A DNA stretch of 64,000 bases from Candidatus Paceibacter sp. (GCA_020724905.1 DYGB01000001.1:1866-65865); one strand, 5' to 3'. Shown: positions 38,146 through 46,786, numbered from the stretch's first letter. The notes: generated by a model not told the origin, from the sequence alone. Program-made: numbers and translations.

Positions 38146-41100
38146 TTATTTCTTTACCCCTATTGTCATCGATGTTCCTCTCAACGAAAGTTCTTTTTTG
38201 GCATCAACAGACGTGCCTGGTTCATACACAAATGCAACTGCATGAACTTCTTTTTTAAGTATACGCTCATGATTCTTCAAAAACGAGATAACATCATGGT
38301 GCCCCTGTATATGAAGGGTAATCTCATCATGAAATGCATATCCTGCATCTTGTCGAAGTCCTTGTACGAAACGAATAAATTCACGAATATCTCCTTCATC
38401 TTTAAGGTCTTCACTTAATGTCGTATCAAGAACGAAGTCTTCTTCTTGAGATACTCCAAAAACAATGCGCTTCACATTCACCTCATCTTGGAGAAGCGTA
38501 ATAAGTTGTGATGCATAGGTACCAGTCAATTTCTTTCGTTTACATGAAAGTGTTGCAAGTGGTTGACGCACCTTTATCTGAGCGCTTGCTCGTTGTGCAA
38601 GCACTTCACTTGCAGCATCCCTAACCCACTGCATATCAGCGATAAGTTTTTTGTAACGTGTATCAAAGCCATGTTCTGGCCATCCTTCAAGGTGAACTGA
38701 ATCAGCTCCTTTGATGGTGTAGAGATTTTTAAGTGACTGATAGAGCGCCTCTGAGAAAAATGGAATAAAAGGAGCGGTAAGTTTACTCAATGAAAGTAAT
38801 ACATAACCAAGTACTGAGGATGTCATCTCCCATTCTTTCTTTGTCTCAGGTTTTTGTAATCGTCGTCGAGAACGACGGATATACCATCGAGACATGTCAT
38901 CAACAAATGTTTCAACAGCAGATGAGGCACGGGTAATATCATACTCATCCATAGCATCTTTTACGATCTGCTCTGTCTCTCCCAATCGTGCCAAAATCCA
39001 TACATCAAGCACATGCTCACTTTCAGGTGCAGCGGAAAGAGAAAGTTTCTTCTTTCCATATAGTTCAAGGAATGAAAATGAGTTGTACATAACAAGCAAG
39101 AATCGTCTCAAGATATTCCCCACATCAGCTTCATCAAAATTCTTTGGTTCTCCTGGAGCATTGATAGTAAAGAAATACCAACGAATTGCATCGATACCAT
39201 ACTTTTCAATAAGTGCCCATGGGTCAACAACATTTCCTTTTGACTTAGACATTTTCTGTCCATTCTTATCAAGCACCAATCCAAGAGACACCACATTTTT
39301 GTATGGTGTTCCTAGTCCCAATAGAACTGCTGTTGCCATAAGGGTATAGAACCATCCACGTGTTTGATCAATTCCCTCAGAAATAAAGTCTGCAGGAAAT
39401 CCATGTGGCTTTTTACCCTCTGCCTTAAAAGGAAAGTGGGTACTTCCATACGGCATTGAACCAGAATCAAACCACACATCAGCAACATCAGGAACTCGTT
39501 TCATTACCTCTCCAGAATCAGAACGTAGGAAAACCTCATCAACATAAGGACGATGCATATCAATCATACCAAGCGCATCAATAGGGAGGTTATCAGAAAC
39601 ACAAGATACATATCCTCCCGTAGGAATAAAGTGTTTCTTTTCTTTCTTTATCATTTCCTCCATTGATAGATGTTCCATGACAGCACGAAACATACGAAGC
39701 GTATCTCCATGACTTACCACTGCAATGGTCTTGTCTGGATATTTCCTCTGCATCTCTTTGTAAAATTCTGTTACCCGTACACGAACATCATGTAGTGATT
39801 CAGCTCCCTCAGGAGCATCCATAACAGGATCGATATCTTTTTGAGAAAAGAATCCATAAAATTCAGAAATAGCTTTATGTGCATATATTCCTGCTTCTCG
39901 TTCTTTAATACGCTCATCAACAATGACACGCTTTACCCCAAGTTCCCGAGAAAGAAGCTCAGCTGTTTGTTTCGTTCGAGTATAAGGAGAAGAGACGATA
40001 ATATCAACATTCTCTTGTACAAGCTTTTTGGCTAAATGAGCAACTTCTTCTTTTCCTTTCTCGGTAAGACGGGAGGTATATTCTTTTGTTTCCTTCCCTG
40101 AAGCCCACCATCCTTCAACATTGGCACGAGCTTCTCCATGACGAATAAGAAGGAAGGTATTACTATGAGCACGATATGTCGTGAGATCTTCTAAGCTCTT
40201 TACCACCCGAATTTCTCCTGTATCAGATTTCCAGATAGGAAGTGGCGTACCCCAGTATCGTTCACGTGAAATTGCCCAATCTTTTGCCTGCGCAATCCAT
40301 TCTCCAAAACGCCCCTCTTTAATATGTGCAGGAACCCATGATACTCCTTTATTTGCTTTAAGAAGTTCTTTACGAAGTGAAGACACTTCAAAAAACCATG
40401 CTCGACGAGCCCAATAGATAAGAGGTGAAGAACAACGCCAACAAAATGGATATTCATGATCGCCGTGACCTCCCTTAAGAAGCAATCCCTTTTCTTCAAG
40501 GTATGCACTAATAACACTATCAGCCTCCTTTATCGGCTTTCCTTCTCCAATGCATCCTTCTGCTACTTTCCCATCAGCGGTAATGGTCTGAGGAAGTATA
40601 TGTTCTTCCTTAAGACCATCAGGAAATACAAGTGAAAAATCATCCTCTCCAAAACTTGGAGCAATATGAACAAGACCAGTCCCCTCATCGGTAGAAACAA
40701 AGTCAGCGCCACGAACATAATAGCGATCAAATGGTAAAGATACCTCTCCTTCATACGGAACAGCGGGAAGATACTCCCATCCAACCATCTCGCTTCCTTT
40801 CTTTTTTACCTTACTTGTTTCTTCATATCCTTCAGGAAGCTTATGAGCCCATACCTTCTTTCCTTCAAGAGAAAACTGATGATATATCACCTTTGGATCA
40901 AGGGCGATAGCAACGTTTGCAGAAAGTGTCCATGGTGTTGTCGTCCACACTAATAAAAATTCATTCTTCTTCCCCTTGAGAGGAAAAAGTACGTAGACCG
41001 AAGGATCACTCACCGTTTGATATACTCCTGGTTGTCCTAACTCATGGTTTGCAAGTGCTGTTTGACAGCGATAACAATACGGAGTCACTTTATATGATTC

Positions 41101-41616
41101 TTTTAAATACCCTCTTTCTGCGATACGAGAAAACACCCACCACAGACTCTCTATATATTCAGGAGCATAGGTAACATATGCATTATCAAGATCAAGCCAG
41201 TATCCAATGCGTTCGGTAAGTTTCTCCCACTCATCTTTGTAGCGAAAGATAGATTCTCGTGCTTTGTTATTAAACGTATCAATACCAATACGCTCAATGT
41301 CTTTTTTTGTTTGTATCCCAAGGCTTTTTTCAGTTTCTATCTCAATAGGGAGTCCATGTGTATCCCACCCTCCCTTTCGAGGAACACGGTACCCTTGCAT
41401 TGTTTTGTACCGAAGAAAGACATCTTTCATAGCACGAGCAAGAATATGGTGTATTCCAGGACGTCCATTCGCATACGGAGGACCTTCCCAAAAATAAAAT
41501 TCCTCTCCCTCTGTATTGTGAGAAAGGCTTTTTTCAAAAATCTTTTTCTTCTTCCATAACGAAAGAATGTTTTCTTCTACTTCCGATGCATTAAATGCTT
41601 TAAGTTTTTCTAACAT
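38146..41616 (-). CDS. ileS: Isoleucyl-tRNA synthetase with a complete histidine-phosphatase (PGAM-like, RHG) domain inserted between the WxISRxRYWGxP motif and the KMSKS region.
   Basis: HIGH region (PPYANGRPGIHH), GWDTHGLPIE, the editing domain (TTTPWT...GTGLVHIAPSFGEDD) and KMSKS. The ~190-aa insert is LLIRHGEARAN...SHGDTLRM. Confidence 0.9.
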   Translation of the reverse strand: MLEKLKAFNASEVEENILSLWKKKKIFEKSLSHNTEGEEFYFWEGPPYANGRPGIHHILARAMKDVFLRYKTMQGYRVPRKGGWDTHGLPIEIETEKSLGIQTKKDIERIGIDTFNNKARESIFRYKDEWEKLTERIGYWLDLDNAYVTYAPEYIESLWWVFSRIAERGYLKESYKVTPYCYRCQTALANHELGQPGVYQTVSDPSVYVLFPLKGKKNEFLLVWTTTPWTLSANVAIALDPKVIYHQFSLEGKKVWAHKLPEGYEETSKVKKKGSEMVGWEYLPAVPYEGEVSLPFDRYYVRGADFVSTDEGTGLVHIAPSFGEDDFSLVFPDGLKEEHILPQTITADGKVAEGCIGEGKPIKEADSVISAYLEEKGLLLKGGHGDHEYPFCWRCSSPLIYWARRAWFFEVSSLRKELLKANKGVSWVPAHIKEGRFGEWIAQAKDWAISRERYWGTPLPIWKSDTGEIRVVKSLEDLTTYRAHSNTFLLIRHGEARANVEGWWASGKETKEYTSRLTEKGKEEVAHLAKKLVQENVDIIVSSPYTRTKQTAELLSRELGVKRVIVDERIKEREAGIYAHKAISEFYGFFSQKDIDPVMDAPEGAESLHDVRVRVTEFYKEMQRKYPDKTIAVVSHGDTLRMFRAVMEHLSMEEMIKKEKKHFIPTGGYVSCVSDNLPIDALGMIDMHRPYVDEVFLRSDSGEVMKRVPDVADVWFDSGSMPYGSTHFPFKAEGKKPHGFPADFISEGIDQTRGWFYTLMATAVLLGLGTPYKNVVSLGLVLDKNGQKMSKSKGNVVDPWALIEKYGIDAIRWYFFTINAPGEPKNFDEADVGNILRRFLLVMYNSFSFLELYGKKKLSLSAAPESEHVLDVWILARLGETEQIVKDAMDEYDITRASSAVETFVDDMSRWYIRRSRRRLQKPETKKEWEMTSSVLGYVLLSLSKLTAPFIPFFSEALYQSLKNLYTIKGADSVHLEGWPEHGFDTRYKKLIADMQWVRDAASEVLAQRASAQIKVRQPLATLSCKRKKLTGTYASQLITLLQDEVNVKRIVFGVSQEEDFVLDTTLSEDLKDEGDIREFIRFVQGLRQDAGYAFHDEITLHIQGHHDVISFLKNHERILKKEVHAVAFVYEPGTSVDAKKELSLRGTSMTIGVKK

Positions 41617-41665
41617 ACTGCTATCTCTCTACACTATCAAAAAAAAGAGAATAAAAAAAGAACGA

Positions 41666-41694
41666 TTGTAAGAATAGAAAAAGTACCATACAAT
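41666..41694 (+). promoter_or_regulatory. Sigma-70-like promoter (TTGTAA, 17 bp spacer, TACAAT) ending ~7 nt before the smpB ATG, implying a leaderless or near-leaderless transcript.
   Basis: The hexamers and spacing are read directly. No SD sequence fits before the ATG at 41702. Confidence 0.45.
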
Positions 41695-41701
41695 TCCTAG
41701 T

Positions 41702-42142
41702 ATGAGCTTTGCAGACAATAAAAAAGCATATCATGACTATCACATCCTCTCAGAATATGAAGCGGGCATTCTTTTATCTGGACAAGAAGTAAAATCCCTC
41801 AGAAACAAGAGGGGATCACTTCAAGGAGCATACGTTAAAATCTATGGAGGTGAACCATGGCTCCTTAACATGCACATTCCACCCTATCAAGAAAAAAATG
41901 CACCTCCTCAATATGCCCCGGATCAGCCCAGAAAACTTCTTCTTCACAAAAAAGAACTTGATGAACTCCGTGGGCAAAGTGATCAAAAAGGATTGACAAT
42001 TATTCCTCTTTCATTGTATAGTAAGGGTCGTTACATCAAAGCAAAGATAGGAATCGGACGAGGAAAGAAGAAAGCAGATAAGCGAGAAACAATAAAGAAA
42101 CGAGATGTAGAAAGAAAGATACGACGAACACTACAACACTAG
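41702..42142 (+). CDS. smpB: SsrA-binding protein SmpB.
   Basis: YHDYHILSEYEAGILLSGQEVKSLR...IPPY matches the SmpB family. Confidence 0.85.
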   Translation: MSFADNKKAYHDYHILSEYEAGILLSGQEVKSLRNKRGSLQGAYVKIYGGEPWLLNMHIPPYQEKNAPPQYAPDQPRKLLLHKKELDELRGQSDQKGLTIIPLSLYSKGRYIKAKIGIGRGKKKADKRETIKKRDVERKIRRTLQH

Positions 42143-42477
42143 GGGGGCGTCAGTTTCGACAAATGCACTCCTTAAAAAATTGCGAGTTGAGTTGAACATC
42201 TCATAAATCTGTTCACCATTTTATCTGCAAACAAAACTGCAGCTCCAGCACTTGCGTACGCGTAAGTGTTGGCTCTCGACATAAGCTCGAGACATCAGCC
42301 CTCAATGTCTGATGCGAGGATTACTGGTGTTATATATCTCAGACCCTCCTACGGAACTGGATAAGCCGTAGTACAGGTAAACTATCCACCTATTGAGGTG
42401 TCAGACGACATTCTGACTATGCTCGTAGATTGTTTTTTAAGATGTTTTTGGACGGGAGTTCAATCTCCCCGCCTCCA
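42143..42477 (+). ncRNA. ssrA: tmRNA (ssrA), with a putative tag reading frame GCA AAC AAA ACT GCA GCT CCA GCA CTT GCG TAC GCG TAA (ANKTAAPALAYA).
   Basis: It starts GGGGGCGTCAGTTTCGACA immediately after the smpB stop. The 3' end GGACGGGAGTTCAATCTCCCCGCCTCCA forms a T-arm and a tRNA-Ala-like acceptor stem. An intrinsic terminator follows. Confidence 0.8.
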
Positions 42478-42482
42478 CAAGA

Positions 42483-42508
42483 AAACAAGCACTCTTGCTT
42501 GTTTTTTT
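42483..42508 (+). terminator. Intrinsic terminator of ssrA (AACAAGCA-CTCT-TGCTTGTT followed by a T-run).
   Basis: Hairpin and T-run seen directly. Confidence 0.6.
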
Positions 42509-42570
42509 ATTTCATGTTTCAGTATAGCCAGTTACTTAAAATTACTTCAAACCAATACAAGGAGCTTCCC

Positions 42571-42843
42571 ATGGAAAAGCACGTTCTTCTCATTATCTCT
42601 GATAAACCCATAACACCCCCAAAAGACATGGAAGGAGTACAACACTTCATCCATGAAATACTCCCTATCAAGCCAGGACCCCACCAAGGTATAGGGATAG
42701 AAAAATCTGCCCCCCAACACATGCTAGATAGATCTAACTACGCTGTATGGGGAGAAGGCACCCATGTTTCGGGAGCCATAACAGACTGGTTACACAACCT
42801 AGTAAATGTTATGGGATACCAACCGCATTACAAAAAACAATAA
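42571..42843 (+). CDS. Hypothetical 90-aa protein immediately downstream of tmRNA. The start is trimmed to MEKHVLLI because the longer frame overlaps ssrA.
   Basis: ATG at 42571 is preceded by AAGGAG at about -8. A terminator hairpin (AAGGAGTC...GGCTCCTT plus T-run, ~42856-42880) follows. Confidence 0.4.
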   Translation: MEKHVLLIISDKPITPPKDMEGVQHFIHEILPIKPGPHQGIGIEKSAPQHMLDRSNYAVWGEGTHVSGAITDWLHNLVNVMGYQPHYKKQ

Positions 42844-42896
42844 TAGTTATATATAAAGGAGTCTTTGGGGCTCCTTTTCTATTACTCTCCTTCTAT

Positions 42897-42926
42897 TTGA
42901 CAATACACAACAAAGAATGGTAATCT
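42897..42926 (+). promoter_or_regulatory. Candidate sigma-70 promoter for the infC-rpmI-rplT operon (TTGACA, 18 bp spacer, TAATCT).
   Basis: A -35 consensus hexamer and a 4/6 -10 hexamer lie upstream of infC. Confidence 0.4.
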
Positions 42927-43016
42927 GTGTATGAAAAGCACGGTATGTGTTTTTCTTTTTTCAAAAGTAATTAGTTATATCTGAAGATAAAACGGCGACG
43001 GCCACAACAAAGAAAA

Positions 43017-43538
43017 ATTCCTCTGAATCGAAAGTTCGTTATCAACGAACGAATCCGAGCTTCATCCTTGCGCGTTATTGATGCAGAAGGAGAAAATAGA
43101 GGGGTCTGCACAAGAGAAGAAGCTCTTGCGCTCGCACAAGAACAAGGAAAAGATCTCATCATTATTAGTGATCAGGTTGATCCTCCTGTTGCCCGTATTA
43201 CAGACTTTGACAAATTCAGATATCAACACGAAAAACAGGAAAAAGAAAAGAAAAAGCAGCAAGCACAAAAAGGAGCAGGAGAAGTAAAACATATTCGCTT
43301 CTCAGGACGTGCTGCTGAAAATGATTTAAAAACAAAAATACGCCAAGTAGAGAAGTTTCTAGAACATGGAGCAAAAGTAGAGCTCATGCTCGTTTTAAGG
43401 GGAAGAGAGAAGGCAAATAAGACATGGGCATATGAACGACTTGACCATTTCCTCTCATTAATAGAAACTGAGTACAAAATAGTATCACCAGCGAAAAAAG
43501 GAGGACGAGGAATCATCGCACAGATAGTAAAAAAATAG
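43017..43538 (+). CDS. infC: Translation initiation factor IF-3. The start is probably non-AUG (ATT at 43017 or ATA at 42987). The ORF track begins at TTG 43068 and truncates the conserved N-terminus.
   Basis: The in-frame upstream sequence ...NRKFVINERIRASSLRVIDAEGENRGV matches the IF-3 N-terminal region. There is no in-frame ATG between the stop at 42972 and 43068. Confidence 0.75.
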   Translation: MPLNRKFVINERIRASSLRVIDAEGENRGVCTREEALALAQEQGKDLIIISDQVDPPVARITDFDKFRYQHEKQEKEKKKQQAQKGAGEVKHIRFSGRAAENDLKTKIRQVEKFLEHGAKVELMLVLRGREKANKTWAYERLDHFLSLIETEYKIVSPAKKGGRGIIAQIVKK

Positions 43539-43539
43539 T

Positions 43540-43722
43540 ATGAAAAAATCAGTCACCACACGTATCAAAATAACAAAGAACCAGAAGGGACTTCGTCGTA
43601 ACATGGCACAGTGCCACTTTCGTGCGAAAAAATCATCACTCCAATTACAACGAACTGCTGGAAAGAAAAGTGTCCCTGCAACGTTGATAAAACGAGTCAT
43701 TAAAAAACAAGGTGAACTATAA
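43540..43722 (+). CDS. rpmI: 50S ribosomal protein L35.
   Basis: A small, very basic protein in the canonical position between infC and rplT. Confidence 0.75.
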   Translation: MKKSVTTRIKITKNQKGLRRNMAQCHFRAKKSSLQLQRTAGKKSVPATLIKRVIKKQGEL

Positions 43723-43734
43723 TAATTTAGATCT

Positions 43735-44082
43735 ATGCCACGAGTAAAACGAGGAACCAGTGCAAATAAGAAACGAGCACGCGTTCTTAAAAAAACAAAA
43801 GGGTTTATGTGGGGACGAAAGTCCAAAGAACGAGCTGCAAAAGAAGCTCTTCTTCACGCACAATCACATGCCTTTAAAGGACGAAAAGAAAAGAAACGAG
43901 TATTTCGTCGTCTTTGGCAGACACGACTCAATGCAGCAGTACGAGCACGAGGAACAAACTATAGTACATTCATCGCAAAAGCAAAAGAAAAGAGCGTACT
44001 CCTTGATAGAAAGATACTTTCAAATCTTGCAAAAGATGATCCAAAAGCATTTGATGCAGTCTACGAGACTGTGATGAAATAA
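43735..44082 (+). CDS. rplT: 50S ribosomal protein L20.
   Basis: MPRVKRGTSANKKRARVLKKTKGF...RRLWQTRLNAAVRARG. Confidence 0.9.
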   Translation: MPRVKRGTSANKKRARVLKKTKGFMWGRKSKERAAKEALLHAQSHAFKGRKEKKRVFRRLWQTRLNAAVRARGTNYSTFIAKAKEKSVLLDRKILSNLAKDDPKAFDAVYETVMK

Positions 44083-44108
44083 AAATCTGCCTTAGGCAGA
44101 TTTTTTTT
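44083..44108. terminator. Bidirectional intrinsic terminator (AAATCTGCC-TTAG-GGCAGATTT plus an 8-T run) after rplT. It overlaps the 3' codons of the convergent NUDIX gene.
   Basis: A perfect 9-bp stem and T-run are read directly. Confidence 0.6.
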
Positions 44109-44589
44109 GATCATTCCCCTCCTTCCTTTTCTTGTGTTTCTTTTTCAAAAATCCATACGCTTGGCGTAACACCTTCCTATTCTCCTTATTCTTCTCTCCA
44201 GAAAAAATACGAAGTGCTTCTCGATATACAAACCATCCATATCCTTCAAAGTCTGGTTCGAGACGAACATTCTTTCCCTTTGTTTCTCCAAGATAAAATA
44301 TCACTGTCTTTGATATCCGTTGTCTATGTTTCGTAAAGACCCAATGCTCATACGCCTTAAACCCATTAATAATAGAAAAATCAGATCGTGACAGTCCTGT
44401 TTCTTCACGTGTCTCACGTAGTGCTGCTTCAAAACTCCTCTCTTCATTCTCTATCTTTCCCCGTGGAAAGGTCCAGTGAGACTTTCCTCTATACAGTATT
44501 AAAAAAAGCGGCTCTTTTTTTTCAAGCCGAAAGATGATAACACCAGAAGAAATTTCTTTCTTGTCTGTTTGTTTCTTTTGCATTTCCAT
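44092..44589 (-). CDS. NUDIX hydrolase.
   Basis: Nudix box GKIENEERSFEAALRETREETGL. Confidence 0.8.
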   Translation of the reverse strand: MEMQKKQTDKKEISSGVIIFRLEKKEPLFLILYRGKSHWTFPRGKIENEERSFEAALRETREETGLSRSDFSIINGFKAYEHWVFTKHRQRISKTVIFYLGETKGKNVRLEPDFEGYGWFVYREALRIFSGEKNKENRKVLRQAYGFLKKKHKKRKEGNDQKKSA

Positions 44590-44592
44590 ATA

Positions 44593-45738
44593 CTACAATT
44601 GATCTCTCTTAATACGACTTAAAATACCATCGATCTCCTCAGAGGAATAAAAATGAATGATAATCTTTCCTCCCTTTTTACTCTGTTCAACTCGTACAGG
44701 AGCTCCTAGTGTTTCAGACAATTCTCTTTCAAGTCGATGGAGTCGGACATCCCCTACCGATGTCACATGAGACACATGGTCTTCTTTTTCTTCGACAACA
44801 TCCCTTCTCTCAAGAGACTTCATATATCGTTTTAATTCACGAACACTCATCGTATCATTCCGAGCACGAAGGAATAATTCCTTTTGTATCTGTGGGTCTG
44901 ATACTTGTAATAGGAGCCGTGCACTACTCTCACTAATTTCACTTTTCAGAAGTGCATCTTGGATGTCACTAGGTAAAGAAAGTAAACGAAGTGTATTTGC
45001 AACAGATTCTCTACTCTTTCCCAGCTTTGCTGCAATTTCCCTCTGTGTCATACCAAATTCATCTGAGAGTCGTGCATATGCTCGTGCTGTTTCAATACTA
45101 CTTAACTCTTGTCTTTGAATGTTCTCAACGATAGCCATTTCAAGAGAATGAGATTCTTCTCCTTTCTTTCGAACAATCGCAGGAACAGTTTTAAGACCAG
45201 CTTTCTTTGCCCCAAGAAGTCGTCGATGCCCTGCAACAAGCTGATATGAAACTCGTGTCCCTAGTTCAGTTTCTCGCTCTTTTTTCTCAACCACAAGAGG
45301 TTGAAGAATACCATATTCACGAATTGATACTGCAAGTTCACTAATTGCCTGTTCATCAAATGTTTTTCGAGGTTGATACGGGTTAGCAACAATCTTTTCT
45401 ATCTCTATCTGAAATACAGGACCCATCTCATGGAGCTTTTCTTCTTCCTGTTCATATACAGGAGGGGGTGAAGAAGGAATGTGAGAAAAAGAAGGTGTTT
45501 CTTCTTCTTGTCTTTCATATGAAGGAGTATAGGTATGAGTACTTCTTTCATGAGAAGGCTCAAATCTTTCTTCTGGTTGCTCAGAAGAAAGATCGGAAAG
45601 AACGCCAAGTCCTTCGCGTTCTTCTCGTACTATTTCTTCCTCATCCTGAGAAGTTATATCATCATCAAACAGAGCGTCATCATCCGCCCTCTGAATATCT
45701 CTTCTAGGGATAAGTGATTCAAGTCCTTTTCCTGACAT
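44593..45738 (-). CDS. parB: ParB/Spo0J partition protein with a ~110-aa acidic N-terminal extension.
   Basis: ParB box (IVANPYQPRK...LQPLVV...YQLVAGHRRLLGAKKAGLKTVPAIV) and an HTH region. Confidence 0.85.
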   Translation of the reverse strand: MSGKGLESLIPRRDIQRADDDALFDDDITSQDEEEIVREEREGLGVLSDLSSEQPEERFEPSHERSTHTYTPSYERQEEETPSFSHIPSSPPPVYEQEEEKLHEMGPVFQIEIEKIVANPYQPRKTFDEQAISELAVSIREYGILQPLVVEKKERETELGTRVSYQLVAGHRRLLGAKKAGLKTVPAIVRKKGEESHSLEMAIVENIQRQELSSIETARAYARLSDEFGMTQREIAAKLGKSRESVANTLRLLSLPSDIQDALLKSEISESSARLLLQVSDPQIQKELFLRARNDTMSVRELKRYMKSLERRDVVEEKEDHVSHVTSVGDVRLHRLERELSETLGAPVRVEQSKKGGKIIIHFYSSEEIDGILSRIKRDQL

Positions 45739-45775
45739 ACAATATCACCATTATGACAAAAAATACTCTAAAACG

Positions 45776-46573
45776 CTACCACGCAACAAAATTATGTGCC
45801 TGAGGTTTATTCTGTTCATCAGCGATAATCTCACGAGCAAGCGATTCATAGGCACGAGCACCTTGTGATGAACGGTTGTGTAGGATAATAGGTTTTTTAA
45901 AGCTTGGAGATTCTGCAAGTGAAACAGAACGAGGGATAACGGTATTAAACACTCGATGAGGGAAATGTCTTCGTACTTCCTTTGCTACTTCACGACTCAA
46001 CACCTCTCTTCTGTTATACATAGTAAGAAGCGCTCCTCCGATTTTAAGGTTGGTCTTGAGGTTTGTGTTAATAAGGGTAATAGTTCGAAGTAATTCCCCT
46101 AGTCCCTGAAGACTGTAGTATTCAGTCTGTATAGGGATAAGTACTTCATCAGAAGCAACTAACCCATTAAGAGTTAGTAAGCTTAAACTAGGAGGAAGAT
46201 CGATAAATACATAGGCGTATTGATGACGTACACGAGAAAGAAGTCGGCGCAAAAGAAACTCTCTATCCCCTACATCAATAAGCTCTACAAGAGCTCCAGC
46301 TAAATCTGAATTTGCGGGCAAGATATCAAGGTGTGGTATTTCTGTTTTTCTCACAGACACATCAAAAGGAACATCCCCTAAAAAAGAATGATACACACTG
46401 TACTGTAATGTATGTGGAGTAATACCAAGTCCTGATGTTGCATTCCCCTGAGGATCAAAATCAACGATAAGAGATTTCTTCCCAAGCGTCGCTAAATACG
46501 CAGCCAAATTTATAGTTGTTGTTGTTTTCCCTACTCCTCCTTTTTGATTACAAACGGAAAATACACGAGCCAT
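45776..46573 (-). CDS. parA: ParA/Soj partition ATPase. The start is trimmed to MARVFSV because the ORF-track N-terminal extension is the antisense of tRNA-Leu.
   Basis: Deviant Walker A NQKGGVGKTTTTINLA. ATG at 46573. Confidence 0.85.
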   Translation of the reverse strand: MARVFSVCNQKGGVGKTTTTINLAAYLATLGKKSLIVDFDPQGNATSGLGITPHTLQYSVYHSFLGDVPFDVSVRKTEIPHLDILPANSDLAGALVELIDVGDREFLLRRLLSRVRHQYAYVFIDLPPSLSLLTLNGLVASDEVLIPIQTEYYSLQGLGELLRTITLINTNLKTNLKIGGALLTMYNRREVLSREVAKEVRRHFPHRVFNTVIPRSVSLAESPSFKKPIILHNRSSQGARAYESLAREIIADEQNKPQAHNFVAW

Positions 46574-46623
46574 AACTAAATTGATTTTATCCCAAATCAG
46601 TGATAGTATCAACGAGAAATCAT

Positions 46624-46707
46624 GGGCGAGTGTCGGAATTGGTAGACGAGCACGACTCAAAATCGTGTGGCCTAGTTGCCGTGAGGGTTCGATTCCCTCC
46701 TCGCCCA
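46624..46707 (+). tRNA. tRNA-Leu(CAA) with a long variable arm.
   Basis: GGGCGAG...CACGA-CTCAAAA-TCGTG...GGTTCGATTCC...CTCGCCCA. The anticodon is CAA. CCA is not encoded. Confidence 0.8.
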
Positions 46708-46786
46708 CATAGAATATCTTTACAAAATATACATATTGTGATTTTATAATATTAGTATTCTAAAACTAATAAAAAAGAGGCGTCCC

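Noticed and set aside
42430-42570. Upstream part of ORF 42430..42843 overlapping the 3' end of tmRNA.
   Set aside because: It overlaps the ssrA T-arm and terminator. The ATG at 42571 with an AAGGAG SD is the credible start.
43078-43287. Lys-rich 69-aa ORF and antisense ORFs overlapping infC.
   Set aside because: Frame-shifted translations of the charged IF-3 linker region, not independent genes.
46574-46708. N-terminal extension of the parA ORF (MGEEGIEPSRQLGH…), starting at a GTG.
   Set aside because: It is the antisense translation of tRNA-Leu(CAA). EGIEPS is the classic T-arm shadow. The real parA start is MARVFSVCNQKGGVGKTT at 46573.
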